Positions 30,636-40,044 of a DNA stretch of 64,000 bases are shown piece by piece; the stretch's first letter is position 1, and each line of letters begins with the position of its first letter. Origin of the DNA: an uncultured Prevotellaceae bacterium (GTDB taxonomy: Bacteria > Bacteroidota > Bacteroidia > Bacteroidales > Bacteroidaceae). Position numbers and translations under genes: made by a program. The notes under the pieces are model-generated. The model was not told where the DNA came from. It saw nothing but the letters and a program-made list of their open reading frames with translations, and searched no databases. The stretch spans positions 30,694 through 94,693 of the forward strand of contig ONLL01000004.1 of NCBI GenBank assembly GCA_900318685.1. The letters run 5' to 3'.

Positions 30636-33600
30636 TTACCTGACCATTATCTTGCGGCTCTGGCCATCGCTGAGTTGTACCACATAAATGCCACTGCGCA
30701 GGCCGTTGGCATTGGCGGCAATACGCTGTCCGCTGAGGCTATAGACACCAATAGGACGTGCTGTGTGACTCGTGGCACCGGCGATCTCGATGAAAGTTGG
30801 CATGGGCGCTAAAGTGAAGGTAATGGGTTTCCTGAACGAGCCTAAGATATCGGCGCTGAAGGGCATCGACTGGCTGATGTCGTATGTCATGCCCATCTCG
30901 TCGTAGGCTTTAAACGTGAGCGCTTCAGATCCCTGTCCGTGAACACTCAAGAAATGACGGCCATCTATGGTCTGACTGACACCTCGACATTCGCCATCGG
31001 CATAAGCTGCAAGGGTCAGCGGTAGTGTGACAGGTTGTCCTTCAGCATCCTCGATGCATCCAATGATTGCCATTACGTCGGGATAGGCATGGCGGTCGCA
31101 GGAGGCTACAGCGAAGGACTGTGCGCCAGAGTCAGAAAGTCTGGGCTTGCGAAGGCGGATATTAGACGCAGCATGCTCGAAGCGGATGGCTTTAGTTGTC
31201 GACGTACGATAGAGGTAGCCGCTGCCGGGCGTAAGCGAACTGAGGGAGCCGACCCATCCATCGGTGCTGTTGTATTCAGCAAAGCCGCTTAGGCCAATGA
31301 TAATGTCGCCATCGTCGACCTTAGACGTGGCGAGGGCAGAGGTGAGCGTCTGCGGGGCCGTTTCGGTGTAGCCTATCCAGTTCCAACCGGGATGCACGGC
31401 AATGGGAGCAGACTTAGAGGGCAGTTGGCCGTTGAAGGTATAAGTATGGGCCTGGCTCATGTCAATCTTGTAGAGCGAGCCCGCAGTGAGGCGCTTGAGG
31501 AGGCCCTTCATCTGACGGTCGCTACTACTATAGTAGGCCTCGAGTGTCTGCCCAAGGATGCGGTCAGCATAGCCCTCGAAGGCGCTTACGGCGATGGCGT
31601 CGGTGAGGGGATGTGCACTCCAGTTCCAGCCTTGCGCCAAGTCAAGCACAAAGGTGGCATTGGTCAGGTCCATAATGCCCTGGTCCTCACCAATGAACTC
31701 ATCAAAACTATGATGCATATTGGTACGCTCGATGGTGGGAAGAGCCATCTTGTAAAAAGTATTAGCACCGTCGGGATAGCGGCCTACCGACTCGTTGCCA
31801 GCATGCGAACTATAGGCAAGTCCGTCGGCGAACTCCTTGAGCGCCGGATGCAGTTCGAAATAGGCAGCGTTGTTAGCCACAAAGTCAGCCGACGAGGTGA
31901 CGAGGGCCATCTGCCCATTAGCGTTGCCGAGCTTGAAGGGCGTATGCAACTGGCTGATGGACTCGAGTTCATCTGCCCAAAGGATGAGGTGGCCATTGGC
32001 AGGTATGATTGTGTTAGCCACGGTGCCCGAGGGAATCTGGTACTTGAGCGGATCGTCAATATCATCACTGAGATAGAGGCCTGATGCGTCGAGGTCCGTG
32101 TCAGTGGTGTTGTACAGCTCGATCCAGTCATTCTTCTTGAAGTGGTCGTTGACAAAGACAGTGTTGCCTGCGCTGACCTCGTTGACCTTGATGGGTGTGG
32201 CGACATCAGCCATTAGCTGGTCGTCATCAAGGCGCTTGAAGGTAGCTATCAGCGTGACACCGTCAGAGATCTGGGTAATATCGAGCTCAGGGCTGTCGAA
32301 AACGGCTTCTCCTTCATTCAAGATGGTTTGGCGGAACAGCTCAGCCGTCCAATAGATATCGCTCGAGTTGGGAGAGGTGTTGTGCACCTCGACGGCGATG
32401 ACGTTCTCGCCCAAACGGAGACTTTCGTTGGGAATTAACAACGATTCGTAGCCTGCAGTGCTGCCTTCCCACGTGGTTGAGAAGGTTTCGTAAGCAGGCG
32501 TTCCGTCGGCCATCAGATGACGTCCGAACTCCTCGCCATTGATATAGACAACGAATCCATCGTCGACGAAGCAGTTCAACTTATACCGCTCGTTTTCTGA
32601 AGGTTCGGTATCCAAATTGAAACTCTTGCGGAAATAGTAGGTTGGTCGTTTGTCGTTGCTGTCGTTGCCAAAATCCAGCTGCTGGTTCCAATCCTGACTA
32701 CCTCCGATGCCAACGTTTCCATATCCGAAGGGTCCATTGGACTGGCTCCAGTCAGCGGCTTCGTAGTCGGGGTTCGTCCAATCCTCACCGTCGAGCGTGC
32801 CTTGGTCGTAGAAACGCCATTCGGAGGACTTGTCGAAAAGTTGCACGCTGTCAGAAATGACGACTCCTTCATTCTTCTTCCATCCTATAAAACGATAGCC
32901 AGCAGGAGACATTGCAGTGATGGTGGCAGGCTCAAAGAGCTGCCCGTCGAATGTTGCCCTAGGCACCGGTTGGCCGTTAATCTCAAATGAAGCGCAATCG
33001 ATGTTGGCCGAGAACTTGACATTCTTATTCTCCGACAACCCGAATCGGCCGCCCATATTTGTCATACGTGCACCACGGTTGTTGCGAATACGGGATAACA
33101 TTTGGGAGGCAGAGTTTCTAAGATTACCATCATACCCTTCCATTGCCATAGCTGGCGTAGCGCGCTTGACCATATCGTCGAATACTTGCTGGGAGAATGA
33201 GGGCTCGAAGACGCTACCGTCAACGATGCAAAAGGCGTCGATGAACTTCTTCCGGAAGGGCTCGTAGTCCAACATGTTAACAAAGATATCGATGAGATAA
33301 CTACTGTTGGTGTATGGATATCGGCTGTCGTGGCTATTACGACGATTCATCAGAGCGCCTAACATATCGGCATTCTCAAATCCCTGGTCTTGATCCATAA
33401 AGACGAGATGGAATTTGCCATCCTGACGCGAGCGGTATCCCTTGACGTTGTTGCTGTTGGTGAACCAGTCGGAGCATCCGACATAGCATCCTGCAGCCAT
33501 GAAGTTACAATACTCGTCAATGTCGACGATATCGCAAATCTGCTCGTAGATGCTGTCGTCGGTCGGGTTGTCGGCAAGTTCTGCAGCGAGGTCAATCCAG

Positions 33601-36020
33601 TGCCGGAACACCTCGAAGTCGCCCACTTTCTGTACGTATCCCTGAACGCTGTTTAGCTCAAACTGATCCATCTCGTCGGTATCAATACCGTAGTTGCTAT
33701 AGCCGTGGTTTTTGTTGTTGGGCTCGCGGATGTTGAACATCATCAGGTACTGTCCGTTGACGAAAACGTGTGCAGGCTGCACTGTCTGGCAGTCGAGGTT
33801 GAAACCGCTGCGGAGCACTATCTCATGAAGACCAGCATCCTTGATTCGTGCGTAGCCATCGTTGCCACCATTGCGTACCATGATGCCCTTGCTTTTGATG
33901 TAAGGCTTGTCCTCGAAGAAGGCATAAGGCAGGAAGTTCTGTCCAAGGTAGTATTTGTTGCCTTTGAGTCGAAAGGAGGCGTTAGGCGAATAGAGGTTGC
34001 GCGTCCAACCTCCACAGACTTCAAAGTCACACTCCTGGTTCAGAGCCATGATAAAAGGCCCACCATTGTCTTTACCCTCTGGGACGAGGTACTCGAAGTT
34101 GACGGGCCGCTCCCACGAGCGGTTCCTGTTGGTGGAATAGCTGACACCACTGCCAGGGATGCCATTCGTACCTATGGTGTACGCTCCTATTTGATCGTCA
34201 TAGAGGTTAGCTTGATCGGTAACAACTGAGATGACGGGCAAATAGTAGCTGCGATCCATATAGATAAATGAACGCGTGACAACGGGGCTGGGCAGGTAGC
34301 CATCACGGAAAAGCCGGAAGCGATAAATAGCCGTTTCATCTTCGCCGACATGAAACATGCCCTCAGTCGTCGACATTCCATTTTCGAGCGTCGGTGTGCT
34401 ACCATCCATAGTGTAATAGAGAGTACAACCCTCGGGAATGGTAACGTTGAAGTCGAATCCTTCAGAATGCATGCAAGCATCGTGGTCTACGACCGGTGCC
34501 TCCAGTTGTGTGGAGGCGAAAACGCCACACTCATTAGGCGCTGTGGGCGTGGGGAGCGAGGTCCATTGCCAAGTGTCGCTGCCGTCGGTAATACGAGCAT
34601 AGCTGCAGCGCTGGATGGCAGCTGGGTAGGTCTGCGAGGCTATGAGCGTGCCGTCGCTGTTACTCAAGTAGATGGTACCGCCCTCGTAGGCTAGTTTCCA
34701 GTCCACCTGCTTGTAAGCAGCGTTACTGTAGAGAGTTCCTCCACGTACGTCGTGGTGATCAAACCAGATGGTTGCATAACCTTTGGCGCGTACTTTTCCC
34801 ATATCTTCAGGCAGCTGAAATTTGGTGAGGTTGTCGGGGTCATCGCTCACGTAAAGGTTGCCTAGATTGATGTAGTTGCTGCTGGGGTTGTAGAGTTCAA
34901 TCCATCCACCATAGTTGAACGAAGGGTCAACAAGCTGGTCAATGTTGGCCACCTGTATCTCGTTGATGACGAGATATGAGGGGTCAGCAAGCTCGGACTG
35001 TATTTTGCCAGGTACGGGGACGAGCTGAAACTCAGCCAAGTGGAAGAAGCCGTTTGGTCCTTCAGTCTCGCCCTGCTGCATCTCAGAGTAGAAGCGAAGG
35101 TACTTGTAATCCTCATGGAGGAAAGGCTCCGACTCAAGCTGTTCCAACGTGCCGGTGAAGGGCGTGCTTAGCTCGGCAAGTTTTACGCAGGCGTACTTGC
35201 TGGCGTTGGGGGCATACGTACCGTAAACACTCCAGAGTATCGTATGGTTGTTAGGTGTGTCGTAGCGAGTGAATTGCATCTTGATAAAGTCAATACCATT
35301 CATATCGGGCATTTCCACTTGAAAGTAATGGGTGCCGGGCTCAACGCTACCATCGTGCCAAGTGGAATGCCAATACGTCTCGACATCGTTGTCGATCAAG
35401 GCTCCAAGCGTCCCCTCCTCAGAGTCTGAATACGGGCTGCTGAGTTGCGAGACGTCTGTAATCAGCTCCACGACGGGATAGAGTTGAAATTCTGACATAT
35501 GGAAATAGCCTCGAGAGCCTTGACTCGATCCCTGCTGGGCATCGGAATAGAAACGCAAGTAGGGGTAACCCTGATGACAGAAGGCTTCGGACGAGAGGGT
35601 CTCCGTGTTGCTGCTGAAAGGCGTGTAGAACTCCCCGAGCAGTGTGCAGTCTTCCTTTGTAGCATCAGGGTCGTGGGTGCCATAAACACTCCACTGCGTC
35701 GTATGGTCATTGGCTGTGTTGCGGCGGGTAAACTGGAAACGTATGAAGTCGATGCCGGCCATATCGGGCATCTCCACCTGCAGGTAGTGGGTGCCGGGTG
35801 GTACGCTTCCATTATGCCAGTCAGAATGCCAGAACGTGGCGGTGCTCTTGTCGATGAGTGCGTCTAACTGTCCTTCGATAGAATCGGAATAGGGGCTGCT
35901 GAGCTGCGAGACGTCGGTGATGAGTTCGCGCTCACTCTTGCCAGACGCCGTCAACGACACCAATAGGCAGACAATCATTAACGCGCGCGCACACGCAGAC
36001 CAATAACTTAAATAATTCAT
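30636..36020 (-). CDS. Large secreted protein: two discoidin-like domains, lamin-tail domains, CotH kinase-like domain, probable T9SS C-terminal signal
   Basis: TFWHSDW/TYWHSTW repeats; LVINEI..WIELYN and NEVSA..DWIELYN lamin-tail motifs; YYTMDGSTPT; WERPVNFEY; VRNGGND; C-terminal VYSLSGQRI...GIYVV..RKIMVR. Confidence 0.82.
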   Translation of the reverse strand: MNYLSYWSACARALMIVCLLVSLTASGKSERELITDVSQLSSPYSDSIEGQLDALIDKSTATFWHSDWHNGSVPPGTHYLQVEMPDMAGIDFIRFQFTRRNTANDHTTQWSVYGTHDPDATKEDCTLLGEFYTPFSSNTETLSSEAFCHQGYPYLRFYSDAQQGSSQGSRGYFHMSEFQLYPVVELITDVSQLSSPYSDSEEGTLGALIDNDVETYWHSTWHDGSVEPGTHYFQVEMPDMNGIDFIKMQFTRYDTPNNHTILWSVYGTYAPNASKYACVKLAELSTPFTGTLEQLESEPFLHEDYKYLRFYSEMQQGETEGPNGFFHLAEFQLVPVPGKIQSELADPSYLVINEIQVANIDQLVDPSFNYGGWIELYNPSSNYINLGNLYVSDDPDNLTKFQLPEDMGKVRAKGYATIWFDHHDVRGGTLYSNAAYKQVDWKLAYEGGTIYLSNSDGTLIASQTYPAAIQRCSYARITDGSDTWQWTSLPTPTAPNECGVFASTQLEAPVVDHDACMHSEGFDFNVTIPEGCTLYYTMDGSTPTLENGMSTTEGMFHVGEDETAIYRFRLFRDGYLPSPVVTRSFIYMDRSYYLPVISVVTDQANLYDDQIGAYTIGTNGIPGSGVSYSTNRNRSWERPVNFEYLVPEGKDNGGPFIMALNQECDFEVCGGWTRNLYSPNASFRLKGNKYYLGQNFLPYAFFEDKPYIKSKGIMVRNGGNDGYARIKDAGLHEIVLRSGFNLDCQTVQPAHVFVNGQYLMMFNIREPNNKNHGYSNYGIDTDEMDQFELNSVQGYVQKVGDFEVFRHWIDLAAELADNPTDDSIYEQICDIVDIDEYCNFMAAGCYVGCSDWFTNSNNVKGYRSRQDGKFHLVFMDQDQGFENADMLGALMNRRNSHDSRYPYTNSSYLIDIFVNMLDYEPFRKKFIDAFCIVDGSVFEPSFSQQVFDDMVKRATPAMAMEGYDGNLRNSASQMLSRIRNNRGARMTNMGGRFGLSENKNVKFSANIDCASFEINGQPVPRATFDGQLFEPATITAMSPAGYRFIGWKKNEGVVISDSVQLFDKSSEWRFYDQGTLDGEDWTNPDYEAADWSQSNGPFGYGNVGIGGSQDWNQQLDFGNDSNDKRPTYYFRKSFNLDTEPSENERYKLNCFVDDGFVVYINGEEFGRHLMADGTPAYETFSTTWEGSTAGYESLLIPNESLRLGENVIAVEVHNTSPNSSDIYWTAELFRQTILNEGEAVFDSPELDITQISDGVTLIATFKRLDDDQLMADVATPIKVNEVSAGNTVFVNDHFKKNDWIELYNTTDTDLDASGLYLSDDIDDPLKYQIPSGTVANTIIPANGHLILWADELESISQLHTPFKLGNANGQMALVTSSADFVANNAAYFELHPALKEFADGLAYSSHAGNESVGRYPDGANTFYKMALPTIERTNMHHSFDEFIGEDQGIMDLTNATFVLDLAQGWNWSAHPLTDAIAVSAFEGYADRILGQTLEAYYSSSDRQMKGLLKRLTAGSLYKIDMSQAHTYTFNGQLPSKSAPIAVHPGWNWIGYTETAPQTLTSALATSKVDDGDIIIGLSGFAEYNSTDGWVGSLSSLTPGSGYLYRTSTTKAIRFEHAASNIRLRKPRLSDSGAQSFAVASCDRHAYPDVMAIIGCIEDAEGQPVTLPLTLAAYADGECRGVSQTIDGRHFLSVHGQGSEALTFKAYDEMGMTYDISQSMPFSADILGSFRKPITFTLAPMPTFIEIAGATSHTARPIGVYSLSGQRIAANANGLRSGIYVVQLSDGQSRKIMVR

Positions 36021-36151
36021 GATACGAACGTAATACTTTTCGGATTGATTGTTTTCGGCTACAAAGATAGTCTTTTTTTTTTAAATCGGCAAAAAAAAAC
36101 GCGAATAAAGTATATAAGTATTGTATAAATACTATTATGAGGGCATCAGTC

Positions 36152-36372
36152 AAAAAAAAGAATGCAGACCTTGGTTATCACAACTGGGCCTGCATCTAAA
36201 CGATATTAATAACTAAAAACCTTCTCTAAACATGTTAACCTAAAACGAATCTTGTTTACCTAAAAAACCAAAACCTACTGAACTAACAATCTTAACTTAC
36301 CTAATAACTAACTAACAACTATTGAATATCGTATTCTGTTTCCGCCTTTCACAAGGCCTTGTTTCCTTTTGA
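36152..36372 (-). ncRNA. Candidate UAG-rich small RNA with its own promoter and terminator
   Basis: TACCTTTG box at 36378-36385; no ORF listed; 11 UAG motifs in ~130 nt; atgcaggcc...ggtctgcat hairpin followed by a U8 tract. Confidence 0.6.
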
Positions 36373-36532
36373 CGGTGCAAAGGTACGACGAAAAACTCAT
36401 TCGCGCAACAGTTTTCGTCCTCTTTCGCATGAAAAAGGCTGCATTATTGACACAAGTCAATCGTCGTGTGTGCGAACACAATCACTTTGTGCCCGATAAC
36501 AGCTCCGATTGGCCCCGGTTCTAAACGGTTTA

Positions 36533-37327
36533 TTAATCAGAGGAGAGCTCGGCCGCAACCAGATTGGTCAGCTCCACAAACTCGGCTATCGAGAGCTGCT
36601 CCGGACGGCGGGTAAGAAGTGAAGAGTGAAGAGTGAAGAGTGAAGATTCCTGTGGCAACAACTGGCGCAGGCTGACGCGAAGCATCTTCCGGCGCTGGTT
36701 GAATGTGGTCTTCACCACCCGCTTGAACAGAGCCTCATCGCATCCCAGCGAAGTCACATCGTTGCGCATCATCCGGATAACGGCACTCTGCACTTTGGGA
36801 GGCGGATTGAACACATTGGGCTCGACGGTGAACAGATACTCCACGTTGTACCAAGCCTGTATCAGCACGGAGAGAATGCCATACTGCTTCGATCCTGGCT
36901 GCGAAGCCATGCGCAGTGCCACTTCACGCTGGATCATACCTGTACAGCAGGGAATCAGGTCACGATTGTCGAGCATCTTGAAGAAGATCTGCGACGAGAT
37001 ATCATAGGGGTAGTTGCCAGTCAGCACAAACTGACCGCCATCGAACAGCTGACGGAGGTCCATCCGTAGGAAATCCTCGCCGATGACGTTATCCCTCAGT
37101 CGTGGAAAATGCTCATAGAGATAGGCCACAGACTCCGTATCGATCTCTACCACTCGCAGTTGGCGAGGTTTCTCTGCCAGATACTGCGTCAGAACGCCCA
37201 TGCCTGGCCCCACCTCGAGCACAGGAATATCTGGACAGGCATCCACCGTGTCGGCTATCCGACGTGCTATCGACAGGTCGGTGAGGAAGTGCTGTCCCAG
37301 GTTTTTCTTAGGTCTTACTTGTTTCAT
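36533..37327 (-). CDS. rsmA: 16S rRNA m6,2A dimethyltransferase RsmA/KsgA
   Basis: KKNLGQHFL, LEVGPGMG, GNYPYDIS, FNPPPKVQSAV, FNQRRKML, RPEQLS. Confidence 0.97.
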   Translation of the reverse strand: MKQVRPKKNLGQHFLTDLSIARRIADTVDACPDIPVLEVGPGMGVLTQYLAEKPRQLRVVEIDTESVAYLYEHFPRLRDNVIGEDFLRMDLRQLFDGGQFVLTGNYPYDISSQIFFKMLDNRDLIPCCTGMIQREVALRMASQPGSKQYGILSVLIQAWYNVEYLFTVEPNVFNPPPKVQSAVIRMMRNDVTSLGCDEALFKRVVKTTFNQRRKMLRVSLRQLLPQESSLFTLHSSLLTRRPEQLSIAEFVELTNLVAAELSSD

Positions 37328-37332
37328 GGGTG

Positions 37333-37502
37333 CAAAGGTACGAATAAGCGAGGGAAATACCAAATTTATTTGAGGATTTCCGAGCGGAGTACCTTCGAGC
37401 GCCAGCTCAAAGGTAGTGCAAATCGAGTGAAATGCAAAATAAATCGCGATTTATTTTCATTTCCGAGATGCAGCCGACCTTCGACCGTCAGGTCAAAGGT
37501 AA
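37333..37502. repeat. Two hairpin-rich units, each bounded by CAAAGGTA (reverse complement of the -7 promoter box)
   Basis: caaaggta at ~37333, ~37408 and ~37494; each unit has cgag...hairpin...ccgag...accttcga-hairpin. Confidence 0.6.
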
Positions 37503-37516
37503 GCCACTTTGCTATC

Positions 37517-37604
37517 ATTCCCATGGTGGGAGCGTCACATTCCCAGCATGGGAGCGTGATGTTCCCACGGTGGGAGCGTGTCATTCCCAGCGTGGGAATG
37601 TGAC
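37517..37604. repeat. 4 x 22-bp tandem repeat with internal palindrome TCCCA-nnn-TGGGA
   Basis: attcccatggtgggagcgtcac / attcccagcatgggagcgtgat / gttcccacggtgggagcgtgtc / attcccagcgtgggaatgtgac. Confidence 0.85.
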
Positions 37605-37691
37605 GCTCCTCCGCTACTTTCGTCCAGCTCATCGCTATCTAGCGTGTCGTTTCATCAGTGGCGAAAAATAAAAGTTTAGCACTTTTGTGGC

Positions 37692-39529
37692 AAGACCTAA
37701 CATTCATTTCATACAACACACTCTACATCAGATAATTACGTTGTTTTAGAAGCCCTCAAGAGGTAACTAAGAGGTAACTAAGAGGTAACTGAGAGGTAAC
37801 TGAGAGGTAACATGAGCCCCCTCTTTCGCCTTCTAAAAAAAATCGCAGAAAAAGCATCATTTTTGAGCGAAATACTTGCAAATCACAAAAAAATTTTGTA
37901 CCTTTGCAGGTGAAATTGCGAAGCTGCTCACGCGCAGCCATTCAAGCATGCTTGATGGCTCTCGCTGAAATGCAGCAAGGCGTTCGGAAATGCTGTGAAA
38001 AGCACACGTCCTGACAGAGAATAAAGACTAAGTTCGTAATCAAGTGAGAATGAAGCAGAGCTCGCTCTGGCTTTGTTCGAACTTCAAACGGACTCGAGCT
38101 GTATAGCTTCATGAACTATATTTAACTAATCAAAATTGAAAGGAGTTTAAATCTATGAACGAAAAATCCTTGAACAATGGGCTTGCTATGAATGCTGCCC
38201 TCGAGACAACGCTCGCTGTCGAGCTGTTTCTCAATGAACGCTACCGCTTCCGTCGCAATGTGCTGAACGGGAAGGTAGAGTTAGCCGATCTGCCTGATGT
38301 CGATGTGCCTGCTGACGAGGCTGGATGTAAGACATCAGACCACTCTCTCGAATGGCGCCCGCTGACCCAGGAGGCGCTCAATAGTATCATCCGTCGGGCC
38401 AAGAAGGAGCAGGTGTGCGAAAAAGGAAGTCCGAAGACGGCGATTGTCGAGTTCGTACATTCAGAAGATGTACCCATACATAATCCTATAGGCGACTACC
38501 TGCAGCAGCTGCCTGTATGGGACGGAAAGAACCACATCGCCCAGCTCTTCAGCCGCCTGCCCGGCCTCACCTCCGAGCAGCAGGCATTCCTTGCCACCTG
38601 GCTTCGCTCGGCTGTGGCTCACTGGCTGCAGATGGACACCCTTCACGGCAATGAGTGTGTGCCCACGCTGATTGGTGCCCAGGGTTGTGGCAAGACCACC
38701 TTCTTCCACCGACTGTTGCCGATGGAGCTGCGTCAGTACTATCTCGACCATCTGAACCTGTCGAACAAGTTCGATAAGGAGATGGCGCTGACCAACAATC
38801 TCTTGGTGAACCTCGACGAGCTCGAGGCCATCCGTCCCAGCCAGCATGCGGCCCTCAAGCAGACTCTCTCGAAGAGCAAGGTGAACGGGCGCCCTATCTA
38901 TGGCTGTGCACAGGAAGACCGTCCTCGCTTCGCCTCGTTCGTAGCTACGACCAACAATCCTCATCCGCTGACCGACCCAACGGGTAGTCGCCGGTATATC
39001 TGCCTGCAGATTCCTGACGGACAATATATCGACAACACGGGCGAGATTGACTACGGACAGCTTTATGCCCAGGTGGTCTATGAGCTGACGGTGGCCAAGA
39101 CACCCTATTGGTTCTCGAACGACGAGGTGGCCCGTATCCAGCAGCTGAACCAGAACTACCTGGTAAAGAAGGACATCGCTGAGATGGTGGAGGCCTGCTT
39201 CCGCAAGCCCAAGGAGGGTGAGGCAGCCAAGCTGATGAACTCGAAGATGCTGCTGAGCCACATCCAGAAAGCCTATCCCTCGGTCGACATCAATCACGGC
39301 AACAAGGTCCGTGTAGGACAGGCGATGAATTTGCTCGGCTATGAGTTCAACGACCGCGGCAATGTACCTTTCTACAAGGTCATCCCCGTGCTTGCTGCAT
39401 AGGCTGGAGTTAGGTCTCAGTTACCTCTCAGTTACCTCTCAGTTACCTCTTAGTTAGGTGTGAAAGGGGCGTTTTTAATGCTTAATCAACTCAAAATCAA
39501 ACAATTAAAAATCCACAATGTTAGGTCTT
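37692..39529. mobile_element. Putative element: VirE/VapE-like ATPase gene between inverted 5 x 11-bp arrays and 13-bp terminal IRs
   Basis: aagacctaacatt (37692-37704) / aatgttaggtctt (39517-39529); (R)AGAGGTAACT x5 at 37758-37812 versus AGTTACCTCT(Y)-type x5 at 39408-39462. Confidence 0.55.
38155..39402 (+). CDS. Virulence-associated protein E (VirE/VapE)-like P-loop ATPase with DUF3874-like C-terminus
   Basis: RYRFRRNVL, NPIGDYL..LPVWDG, Walker A GAQGCGKTTF, LVNLDE, ASFVATTN, DPTGSRRY. Confidence 0.85.
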   Translation: MNEKSLNNGLAMNAALETTLAVELFLNERYRFRRNVLNGKVELADLPDVDVPADEAGCKTSDHSLEWRPLTQEALNSIIRRAKKEQVCEKGSPKTAIVEFVHSEDVPIHNPIGDYLQQLPVWDGKNHIAQLFSRLPGLTSEQQAFLATWLRSAVAHWLQMDTLHGNECVPTLIGAQGCGKTTFFHRLLPMELRQYYLDHLNLSNKFDKEMALTNNLLVNLDELEAIRPSQHAALKQTLSKSKVNGRPIYGCAQEDRPRFASFVATTNNPHPLTDPTGSRRYICLQIPDGQYIDNTGEIDYGQLYAQVVYELTVAKTPYWFSNDEVARIQQLNQNYLVKKDIAEMVEACFRKPKEGEAAKLMNSKMLLSHIQKAYPSVDINHGNKVRVGQAMNLLGYEFNDRGNVPFYKVIPVLAA

Positions 39530-39967
39530 ATGGAAAAACAGCTAGAATTAAAAAATATTCCTTGGGAATACGAACTATGTTTCAACGAAAACTGTCCGCT
39601 GCGAGAGAAGTGCCTGCACTATCAGGCCTATCTGCTCCAGCCGGTCAGGCGACTTGGTGGCCCAGCCATCTATCCGTCAGCGTGGAAGAGTGGCGAATGC
39701 TCACGCTTCACCGAAGCCAAACTGATACAGAAGGCATGGGGCTTCGATCATCTCTACGACAATGTGCCGAACAATCTGAAGTCAGCAGCGCGTCAGGATG
39801 TGCACGCCTACCTGGGCAGCGGCCAGAGTGCCTACTATCGTGTCCATCACGGTGAGCGTATGCTCTCGCCCCGCCAGCAGCGCGACATCCTGCACATATT
39901 GTCCAGATACTGCAGCGCCGAAGGCGCCTCCTTCGACCACTATGTCACTGACTTCGACTTTAGTTAA
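39530..39967 (+). CDS. DUF6078-like Cys-containing protein
   Basis: LCFNENCPLREKCLH, AWGF..LYDNVP, YYRVHHGERMLSPRQQ; a common neighbour of Bacteroidales VirE-like genes. Confidence 0.72.
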   Translation: MEKQLELKNIPWEYELCFNENCPLREKCLHYQAYLLQPVRRLGGPAIYPSAWKSGECSRFTEAKLIQKAWGFDHLYDNVPNNLKSAARQDVHAYLGSGQSAYYRVHHGERMLSPRQQRDILHILSRYCSAEGASFDHYVTDFDFS

Positions 39968-39973
39968 TTGCAT

Positions 39974-40007
39974 GAAGAAGCCTCCCCGCCGAAAGGGAGG
40001 CTTCTTC
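39974..40007. terminator. Hairpin between convergent genes
   Basis: 13-bp stem gaagaagcctccc / gggaggcttcttc. Confidence 0.7.
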
Positions 40008-40044
40008 GTTGTACACTGTTCTGGCGGACTTAATCCGCCAGCAT

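Noticed and set aside
36196-36325. AAC/CTA-rich tract as the DGR template repeat
   Set aside because: Lacks the TGGTCGCGCACGCTC...CGCCCTGT scaffold of the variable regions; fits a minus-strand sRNA better.
37517-37812. Possible CRISPR array
   Set aside because: Units are contiguous 22-bp and 11-bp tandem repeats with no unique spacers, and no cas genes are present.
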